Assembly: GCA_964016885.1 (NCBI GenBank)
Contig: OZ024748.1
Location: forward strand, 37,448,001 to 37,512,000
Source of the DNA: Eledone cirrhosa
Taxonomy: Eukaryota
DNA length: 64,000 nucleotides
Direction of reading: 5' to 3'
Shown: positions 54,100-64,000 of the stretch, piece by piece
Layout: each line of letters opens with the position of its first letter
How positions within the stretch are numbered: position 1 is the first letter of the stretch
Position numbers and translations under genes: made by a program
The notes under the pieces: generated by a model
What the model was told of the DNA's origin: nothing
Database searches by the model: none
Seen by the model: the letters and a program-made list of their open reading frames with translations, nothing else

Positions 54100-57000
54100 T
54101 CTAGTATGACAATGTCAGTGTCAGTGTTAACTACCACAAGATCTAGTGTGACAATGTTAGTGTCAGTGTTAACTACCTCTAGATCTAGTATGACAATGTC
54201 AGAGTTAACTACCTCTAGATCTAGTATGACAATATCAGTGTCAGTGTTAACTACCTCTAGATCTGGTATGACAATGTCAGTGTCAGTGTTAACAACCTCT
54301 AGATCTACTATGAAAATGTCAGTGTCAGTGTTAACTACCACTAGATCTAGTATGACAATGTCAGAGTTAACTACCTCTAGATCTAATATGACAATGTCAG
54401 TGTCAGTGTTAACTACCTCTAGATCTAGTGTGACAATGTTAGTGTCAGTGTTAACTACCTCTAGATCTAGTATGACAATGTTAGTGTCAGTGTTAACTAC
54501 CACTAGGTCTAGTATGACAATGTCAGTGTCAGTGTTATCTACCTCTAGATCTAGTATGACAATGTCAGTGTCAGTGTTAACTACCTCTAGATCTAGTATG
54601 ACAATGTTAGTGTCAGTGTTAACTACCACTAGATCTAGTATGACAATGTCAGTGTCAGTGTTAACTACCTCTAGATCTAGTATGACAATGTTAGTGTCAG
54701 TGTTAACTACCTCTAGATCTAGTATGACAATGTTAGTGTCAGTGTTAACTACCTCTAGATCTAGTATGACAATGTCAGTGTCAGTGTTAACTATCTCTAG
54801 ATCTAGTATGACAATGTCAGTGTCAGGGTTAACTACCTCTAGATCTAGTATGACAATGTTAGTGTCAGTGTTAACTACCACTAGATCTAGTATGACAATG
54901 TCAGTGTCAGTGTTAACTACCTCTAGATCTAGTATGACAATGTTAGTGTCAGTGTTAACTACCTCTAGATCTAGTATGACAATGTTAGTGTCAGTGTTAA
55001 CTACCTCTAGATCTAGTGTGACAATGTTAGTGTTAGTGTTAACTACCTCTAGATCTAGTATGACAATGTCAGTGTCAGTGTTAACTACCTCTAGATCTAG
55101 TATGACGATGTCAGTGTCAGTGTTAACTACCTCTAGATCTAGTATGGCAATGTTAGTGTCAGTGTTAACTACCTCTAGATCTAGTGTGACAATGTCAGTG
55201 TCAGTGTTAACTACCTCTAGATCTAGTATGACAATGTTAGTGTCAGTGTTAACTATCTCTAGATCTAGTGTGACAATGTTAGTGTCAGTGTTAACTACCT
55301 CTAGATATAGTATGACAATGTCATTGTCAGTGTTAACTACCTCTCGATCTAGTATGACAATGTCAGTGTCAGTGTTAACTACCACAAGATCTAGTGTGAC
55401 AATGTTAGTGTCAGTGTTAACTACCTCTAGATATAGTATGACAATGTCAGTGTCAGTGTTTACTACCTCTAGATCTAGTATGACAATGTTAGTGTCAGTG
55501 TTAACTACCTCTAGATCTAGTGTGACAATGTTAGTGTCAGTGTTAACTACCTCTAGATATAGTATGACAATGTCAGTGTCAGTGTTAACTACCTCTAGAT
55601 CTAGTATGACAATGTCAGTGTCAGTGTTAACTACCTCTAGATCTAGTATGACAATGTCAGTGTCAGTGTTAACTACCACTAGATCTAGTATGACAATGTC
55701 AGTGTCAGTGTTAACTACCACAAGATCTAGTGTGACAATGTTAGTGTCAGTGTAAACTACCTCTAGATCTAGTATGACAATGTCAGAGTTAACTACCTCT
55801 AGATCTAGTATGACAATGTCAGTGTCAGTGTTAACTACCTCTAGATCTAGTATGACAATGTCAGTGTCAGTGTTAACAACCTCTAGATCTACTATGAAAA
55901 TGTCAGTGTCAGTGTTAACTACCACTAGATCTAGTAGGACAATGTCAGAGTTAACTACCTCTAGATCTAATATGACAATGTCAGTGTCAGTGTTAACTAC
56001 CTCTAGATCTAGTGTGACAATGTTAGTGTCAGTGTTAACTACCTCTAGATCTAGTATGACAATGTTAGTGTCAGTGTTAACTACCACTAGGTCTAGTATG
56101 ACAATGTCAGTGTCGGTGTTAACTACCTCTAGATCTAGTATGACAATGTCAGTGTCAGTGTTAACTACCTCTAGATCTAGTATGACAATGTTAGTGTCAG
56201 TGTTAACTACCACTAGATCTAGTATGACAATGTCAGTGTCAGTGTTAACTACCTCTAGATCTAGTATGACAATGTTAGTGTCAGTGTTAACTACCTCTAG
56301 ATCTAGTATGACAATGTTAGTGTCAGTGTTAACTACCTCTAGATCTAGTGTGACAAAGTTAGTGTCAGTGTTAACTACCTCTAGATCTAGTATGACAATG
56401 TCAGTGTCAGTGTTAACTACCTCTAGATCTAGTATGACAATGTCAGTGTCAGGGTTAACTACCTCTAGATCTAGTATGACAATGTTAGTGTCAGTGTTAA
56501 CTACCACTAGATCTAGTGTGACAATGTTAGTGTCAGTGTTAACTACCACTAGATCTAGTATGACAATGTCAGTGTCACTGTTAACTACCTCTAGATCTAG
56601 TGTGACAATGTTAGTGTCAGTGTTAACTACCACTAGATCTAGTGTGACAATGTTAGTGTCAGTGTTAACTACCACTAGATCTAGTATGACAATGACAGTG
56701 TCAGTGTTAACTACCTCTAGATCTAGTATGGCAATGTTAGTGTCAGTGTTAACTACCTCTAGATCTAGTGTGACAATGTCAGTGTCAGTGTTAACTACCT
56801 CTAGATCTAGTATGACAATGTTAGTGTCAGTGTTAACTATCTCTAGATCTAGTGTGACAATGTTAGTGTCAGTGTTAACTACCTCTAGATATAGTATGAC
56901 AATGTCAGTGTCAGTGTTAACTACCTCTCGATCTAGTATGACAATGTCAGTGTCAGTGTTAACTACCACAAGATCTAGTGTGACAATGTTAGTGTCAGTG

Positions 57001-57350
57001 TTAACTACCTCTAGATATAGTATGACAATGTCAGTGTCAGTGTTTACTACCTCTAGATCTAGTATGACAATGTTAGTGTCAGTGTTAACTACCTCTAGAT
57101 CTAGTGTGACAATGTTAGTGTCAGTGTTAACTACCTCTAGATATAGTATGACAATGTCAGTGTCAGTGTTAACTACCTCTAGATCTAGTATGACAATGTC
57201 AGTGTCAGTGTTAACTACCTCTAGATCTAGTATGACAATGTCAGTGTCAGTGTTAACTACCACTAGATCTAGTATGACAATGTCAGTGTCAGTGTTAACT
57301 ACCACAAGATCTAGTGTGACAATGTTAGTGTCAGTGTTAACTACCTCTAG
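54100..57350 (+). repeat. More diverged tandem duplication with a 1584-bp period (38 monomers)
   Basis: ACTATGAAA 54307/55891, the ATGGCA variant base 55147/56731, CTCTCG 55341/56925, 36-mers 54202/55786 and 54364/55948. The copies differ at several units. Boundaries are approximate. Confidence 0.75.
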
Positions 57351-57429
57351 ATCTAGTGTGACAATGTTAGTGTCAGTGTTAACTACCTCTAGATATAGTA
57401 TGACAATGTCAGTGTCAGTGTTAACTACC

Positions 57430-60400
57430 TCTAGATCTAGTATGACAATGTCAGTGTCAGTGTTAACTACCACTAGATCTAGTGTGACAATGTCAGTGTC
57501 AGTGTTAACTACCTCAAGATCTAGTGTGACAATGTTAGTGTCAGTGTTAACTACCTCTAGATCTAGTATGACAATGTTAGTGTCAGTGTTAACTACCACT
57601 AGATCTAGTGTGACAATGTCAGTGTCAGTGTTAACTACCTCAAGATCTAGTGTGACAATGTTAGTGTCAGTGTTAACTACCTCTAGATCTAGTGTGACAA
57701 TGTTAGTGTCAGTGTTAACTACCACTAGATCTAGTATGACAATGTCAGTGTCAGTGTTAACTACCTCTAGATCTAGTGTGACAATGTTAGTGTCAGTGTT
57801 AACTACCACTAGATCTAGTATGACAATGTCAGTGTCAGTGTTAACTACCTCTAGATCTAGTATGACAATGTTAGTGTCAGTGTTAACTACCTCTAGATCT
57901 AGTGTGACAATGTCAGTGTCAGTGTTAACTACCTCAAGATCTAGTGTGACAATGTTAGTGTCAGTGTTGACTACCTCTAGATCTAGTGTGACAATGTTAG
58001 TGTCAGTGTTAACTACCTCTAGATATAGTATGACAATGTCAGTGTCAGTGTTAACTACCTCTAGATATAGTATGACAATGTCAGTGTCAGTGTTAACTAC
58101 CACAAGATCTAGTGTGACAATGTTAGTGTCAGTGTTAACTACCTCTAGATCTAGTATGACAATGTTAGTGACAGTGTTAACTACCTCTAGATCTAGTATG
58201 ACAATGTTAGTGTCAGTGTTAACTACCACTAGATCTAGTATGACAATGTTAGTGTCAGTGTTAACTACCTCTAGATCTAGTATGACAATGTTAGTGTCAG
58301 TGTTAACTACCTCTAGATCTAGTATGATAATGTCAGTGTCATTGTTAACTATCTCTAGATCTAGTGTGACAATATCAGTGTCAGGGTTAACTACCTCAAG
58401 ATCTAGTGTGACAATGTTAGTGTCAGTGTTAACTACCACTAGATCTAGTATGACAATGTCAGTGTCAGTGTTAACTACCTCTAGATATAGTATGACAATG
58501 TCAGTGTCACTGTTAACTACCTCTAGATCTAGTATGACAATGTTCGTGTCAGTGTTAACTACATCTAGATATAGTATGACAATGTCAGTGTCAGTGTTAA
58601 CTACCACTAGATCTAGTGTGACAATGTCAGTGTCAGTGTTAACTACCTCAAGATCTAGTGTGACAATGTTAGTGTCAGTGTTAACTACCTCTAGATCTAG
58701 TATGACAATGTTAGTGTCAGTGTTAACTACCACTAGATCTAGTGTGACAATGTCAGTGTCAGTGTTAACTACCTCAAGATCTAGTGTGACAATGTTAGTG
58801 TCAGTGTTAACTACCTCTAGATCTAGTGTGACAATGTTAGTGTCAGTGTTAACTACCACTAGATCTAGTATGACAATGTCAGTGTCAGTGTTAACTACCT
58901 CTAGATCTAGTGTGACAATGTTAGTGTCAGTGTTAACTACCACTAGATCTAGTATGACAATGTCAGTGTCAGTGTTAACTACCTCTAGATCTAGTATGAC
59001 AATGTTAGTGTCAGTGTTAACTACCTCTAGATCTAGTGTGACAATGTCAGTGTCAGTGTTAACTACCTCAAGATCTAGTGTGACAATGTTAGTGTCAGTG
59101 TTGACTACCTCTAGATCTAGTGTGACAATGTTAGTGTCAGTGTTAACTACCTCTAGATATAGTATGACAATGTCAGTGTCAGTGTTAACTACCTCTAGAT
59201 ATAGTATGACAATGTCAGTGTCAGTGTTAACTACCACAAGATCTAGTGTGACAATGTTAGTGTCAGTGTTAACTACCTCTAGATCTAGTATGACAATGTT
59301 AGTGACAGTGTTAACTACCTCTAGATCTAGTATGACAATGTTAGTGTCAGTGTTAACTACCACTAGATCTAGTATGACAATGTTAGTGTCAGTGTTAACT
59401 ACCTCTAGATCTAGTATGACAATGTTAGTGTCAGTGTTAACTACCTCTAGATCTAGTATGATAATGTCAGTGTCATTGTTAACTATCTCTAGATCTAGTG
59501 TGACAATATCAGTGTCAGGGTTAACTACCTCAAGATCTAGTGTGACAATGTTAGTGTCAGTGTTAACAACCTCAAGATCTAGTATGACAATGTTAGTGTC
59601 AGTGTTAACTACCTCTAGATCTAGTATGACAATGTCAGTGTCAGGGTTAACTACCTCAAGATCTAGTATGACAATGTCAGTGTCAGTGTTAACTACCTCT
59701 AGATCTAGTGAGACGATGTTAGTGTCAGTGTTAACTACCTGTAGATCTAGTATGACAATGTCAGTGTCAGGGTTAACTACCTCTAGATCTACTATGACAA
59801 TGTTAGTGTCAGTGTTAACTACCACTAGATCTAGTGTGACAACGTTAGTGTCAGTGTTAACTACCTCTAGATCTAGTGTGACAATGTTAGTGTCAGTGTT
59901 AACTACCACTAGATCTAGTATGACAATGTCAGTGTCAGTGTTAACTACCTCTAGATCTAGTATGACAATGTTAGTGTCAGTGTTAACTACCACTAGATCT
60001 AGTGTGACAATGTCAGTGTCAGTGTTAACTACCTCAAGATCTAGTGTGACAATGTTAGTGTCAGTGTTAACTACCTCTAGATCTAGTGTGACAATGTTAG
60101 TGTCAGTGTTAACTACCACTAGATCTAGTATGACAATGTCACTGTCAGTGTTAACTACCTCTAGATCTAGTATGACAATGTTAGTGTCAGTGTTAACTAC
60201 CACTAGATCTAGTGTGACAATGTCAGTGTCAGTGTTAACTACCTCAAGATCTAGTATGACAATGTCAGTGTCAGTGTTACCTACCTCTACATCTAGTGTG
60301 ACAATGTTAGTGTCAGTGTTAACTACCTCTAGATCTAGTGTGACAATGTCAGTGTCAGTGTTATCTACCTCAAGATCTAGTATGACAATGTCAGTGTCAG

Positions 60401-63400
60401 TGTTACTTACCTCTAGATCTAGTGTGACAATGTTAGTGTCAGTGTTAACTACCTCTAGATCTAGTGTGACAATGTTAGTGTCAGTGTTAACTACCTCTAG
60501 ATATAGTATGACAATGTCAGTGTCAGTGTTAACTACCTCTAGATCTAGTATGACAATGTTAGTGTCAGTGTTAACTACCTCTAGATATAGTATGACAATG
60601 TCAGTGTCACTGTTAACTACCTCTAGATCTAGTATGACAATGTTCGTGTCAGTGTTAACTACATCTAGATATAGTATGACAATGTCAGTGTCAGTGTTAA
60701 CTACCACTAGATCTAGTGTGACAATGTCAGTGTCAGTGTTAACTACCTCAAGATCTAGTGTGACAATGTTAGTGTCAGTGTTAACTACCTCTAGATCTAG
60801 TATGACAATGTTAGTGTCAGTGTTAACTACCACTAGATCTAGTGTGACAATGTCAGTGTCAGTGTTAACTACCTCAAGATCTAGTGTGACAATGTTAGTG
60901 TCAGTGTTAACTACCTCTAGATCTAGTGTGACAATGTTAGTGTCAGTGTTAACTACCACTAGATCTAGTATGACAATGTCAGTGTCAGTGTTAACTACCT
61001 CTAGATCTAGTGTGACAATGTTAGTGTCAGTGTTAACTACCACTAGATCTAGTATGACAATGTCAGTGTCAGTGTTAACTACCTCTAGATCTAGTATGAC
61101 AATGTTAGTGTCAGTGTTAACTACCTCTAGATCTAGTGTGACAATGTCAGTGTCAGTGTTAACTACCTCAAGATCTAGTGTGACAATGTTAGTGTCAGTG
61201 TTAACTACCTCTAGATCTAGTGTGACAATGTTAGTGTCAGTGTTAACTACCTCTAGATATAGTATGACAATGTCAGTGTCAGTGTTAACTACCTCTAGAT
61301 ATAGTATGACAATGTCAGTGTCAGTGTTAACTACCACAAGATCTAGTGTGACAATGTTAGTGTCAGTGTTAACTACCTCTAGATCTAGTATGACAATGTC
61401 AGTGTCAGTGTTAACTACCTCTAGATCTACTATGACAATGTTAGTGTCAGTGTTAACTACCACTAGATCTAGTGTGACAATGTTAGTGTCAGTGTTAACT
61501 ACATCTAGATCTAGTGTGACAATGTTAGTGTCAGTGTTAACTACCACTAGATCTAGTATGACAATGTCAGTGTCAGTGTTATCTACCTCTTGATCTAGTA
61601 TGACAATGTTAGTGTCAGTGTTAACTACCTCTAGATCTAGTGTGACAATGTTAGTGTCAGTGTTAACTACCACTAGATCTAGTATGACAATGTCACTGTC
61701 AGTGTTAACTACCTCTAGATCTAATATGACAAAGTTAGTGTCAGTGTTAACTACCACTAGATCTAGTGTGACAATGTCAGTGTCAGTGTTAACTACCTCA
61801 AGATCTAGTATGACAATGTCAGTGTCAGTGTTACCTACCTCTACATCTAGTGTGACAATGTTAGTGTCAGTGTTAACTACCTCTAGATCTAGTGTGACAA
61901 TGTCAGTGTCAGTGTTATCTACCTCAAGATCTAGTATGACAATGTCAGTGTCAGTGTTACTTACCTCTAGATCTAGTGTGACAATGTTAGTGTCAGTGTT
62001 AACTACCTCTAGATCTAGTGTGACAATGTTAGTGTCAGTGTTAACTACCTCTAGATATAGTATGACAATGTCAGTGTCAGTGTTAACTACCTCTAGATCT
62101 AGTATGACAATGTTAGTGTCAGTGTTAACTACCTCTAGATCTAGTGTGACAATGTCAGTGTCAGTGTTAACTACCACTAGATCTAGTGTGACAATGTCAG
62201 TGTCAGGTTTAACTACCTCAAGATCCAGTGTGACAATGTTAGTGACAGTGTTAACTACCTCTAGATCTAGTATGACAATGTTAGTGTCAGTGTTAACTAC
62301 CACTAGATCTAGTATGACAATGTTAGTGTCAGTGTTAACTACCTCTAGATCTAGTATGACAATGTTAGTGTCAGTGTTAACTACCTCTAGATCTAGTATG
62401 ACAATGTCAGTGTCATTGTTAACTATCTCTAGATCTAGTGTGACAATATCAGTGTAAGGGTTAACTACCTCAAGATCTAGTGTGACAATGTTAGTGTCAG
62501 TGTTAACAACCTCAAGATCTAGTATGACAATGTTAGTGTCAGTGTTAACTACCTCTAGATCTAGTATGACAATGTCAGTGTCAGGGTTAACTACCTCAAG
62601 ATCTAGTATGACAATGTCAGTGTCAGTGTTAACTACCTCTAGATCTAGTGAGACGATGTTAGTGTCAGTGTTAACTACCCGTAGATCTAGTATGACAATG
62701 TCAGTGTCAGGGTTAACTACCTCTAGATCTACTATGACAATGTTAGTGTCAGTGTTAACTACCACTAGATCTAGTGTGACAATGTTAGTGTCAGTGTTAA
62801 CTACATCTAGATCTAGTGTGACAATGTTAGTGTCAGTGTTAACTACCACTAGATCTAGTATGACAATGTCAGTGTCAGTGTTATCTACCTCTTGATCTAG
62901 TATGACAATGTTAGTGTCAGTGTTAACTACCTCTAGATCTAGTGTGACAATGTTAGTGTCAGTGTTAACTACCACTAGATCTAGTATGACAATGTCACTG
63001 TCAGTGTTAACTACCTCTAGATCTAATATGACAAAGTTAGTGTCAGTGTTAACTACCACTAGATCTAGTGTGACAATGTCAGTGTCAGTGTTAACTACCT
63101 CAAGATCTAGTATGACAATGTCAGTGTCAGTGTTACCTACCTCTACATCTAGTGTGACAATGTTAGTGTCAGTGTTAACTACCTCTAGATCTAGTGTGAC
63201 AATGTCAGTGTCAGTGTTATCTACCTCAAGATCTAGTGTGACAATGTTAGTGTCAGTGTTAACTACCTCTAGATCTAGTGTGACAATGTTAGTGTCAGTG
63301 TTAACTACCACTAGATCTAGTATGACAATGTCAGTGTCAGTGTTAACTACCTCTAGATCTAGTGTGACAATGTTAGTGTCAGTGTTAACTACCACTAGAT

Positions 63401-64000
63401 CTAGTATGACAATGTCAGTGTCAGTGTTAACTACCTCTAGATCTAGTATGACAATGTTAGTGTCAGTGTTAACTACCTCTAGATCTAGTGTGACAATGTC
63501 AGTGTCAGTGTTAACTACCTCAAGATCTAGTGTGACAATGTTAGTGTCAGTGTTAACTACCTCTAGATCTAGTGTGACAATGTTAGTGTCAGTGTTAACT
63601 ACCTCTAGATATAGTATGACAATGTCAGTGTCAGTGTTAACTACCTCTAGATATAGTATGACAATGTCAGTGTCAGTGTTAACTACCACAAGATCTAGTG
63701 TGACAATGTTAGTGTCAGTGTTAACTACCTCTAGATCTAGTATGACAATGTCAGTGTCAGTGTTAACTACCTCTAGATCTAGTATGACAATGTCAGTGTC
63801 AGTGTTAACTACCTCTAGATCTAGTATGACAATGTTAGTGTCAGTGTTAACTACCTCTAGATCTAGTGTGACAATGTTAGTGTCAGTGTTAACTACCTCT
63901 AGATATAGTATGACAATGTCAGTGTCAGTGTTAACTACCTCTAGATCTAGTATGACAATGTCAGTGTCAGTGTTAACTACCACAAGATCTAGTGTGACAA
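57430..64000 (+). repeat. Mosaic of short block duplications (offsets 1134, 1302, 1554, 2100 and 2940 bp)
   Basis: TTGACT 57967/59101 (1134); TTGATCT 61590/62892 (1302); TCACTG 60139/61693 (1554); TTCGTG 58543/60643 (2100); TCATTG 59473/62413 and GAGACG 59710/62650 (2940). All offsets are exact multiples of 42. Confidence 0.8.

Larger units (their letters stand above)
1..64000. repeat. 42-bp tandem satellite/minisatellite array, about 1529 complete monomers in a single orientation, extending beyond both window edges
   Basis: The unit AGTATGACAATGTCAGTGTCAGTGTTAACTACCTCTAGATCT (1-42) repeats on every line. Common polymorphisms are at unit positions 4 (A/G), 14 (C/T), 23 (T/G), 34 (T/A), 36 (T/A) and 41 (C/A). 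Length check: 63990 = 1529x42 - 38x6 with zero net 1-bp indels. Confidence 0.99.

Noticed and set aside
4-62895. Giant + strand ORFs (up to 5266 aa of SMTMSVSVLTTSRS repeats) as a mucin-like or adhesin gene
   Set aside because: They follow automatically from a 42-bp unit that is stop-free in this frame. There is no unique domain or terminus, most common variants are non-synonymous, and the frame is broken by indels and stops (22771, 55753, 61591, 62455, 62893).
1-64000. CRISPR array or other repeat-spacer system
   Set aside because: The units are contiguous with no unique spacers; variation is limited to point substitutions within the unit. No cas or other genes are present.
1-64000. Fungal RIP signature (the G4A and C14T polymorphisms are both CpA>TpA type)
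   Set aside because: Other CpA/TpG sites in the unit are nearly invariant, multi-kb duplicates stay almost identical, and most distinct variants are transversions, unlike RIP.
1-64000. Variant order as an information-bearing code (e.g. a TALE-like repeat code or diversity cassette)
   Set aside because: The order is explained by block duplication and whole-unit indels. No reading machinery or coding constraint is visible.
1-64000. tRNA, rRNA, transposon, promoter or terminator features
   Set aside because: The window contains no non-satellite sequence that could support any such call.

Overview
The whole 64,000-bp window is one head-to-tail tandem array of a 42-bp satellite/minisatellite monomer, consensus AGT(A/G)TGACAATGT(C/T)AGTGTCAGTGTTAACTACC(T/A)CTAGAT(C/A)T, about 38% GC with no CpG. 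It has no unique sequence, no inversion and no inserted element, and it runs off both ends of the window. Positions 1-63990 account for 1529 monomers, 38 of them a 36-bp deletion variant, plus 8 single-base indels that sum to zero. The giant ORFs in the track are by-products of a 42-bp unit that is stop-free in one frame on each strand, so I do not call them genes. The informative signal is the layered structure: hexamer sub-repeats and three palindromes inside the monomer, linked variant runs, and nested segmental duplications of roughly 0.5-10 kb. The variant set also changes toward the right end. Host organism and function cannot be determined from this window, and I found no convincing new gene system. 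An array of this size suggests eukaryotic satellite DNA, but that is inference.
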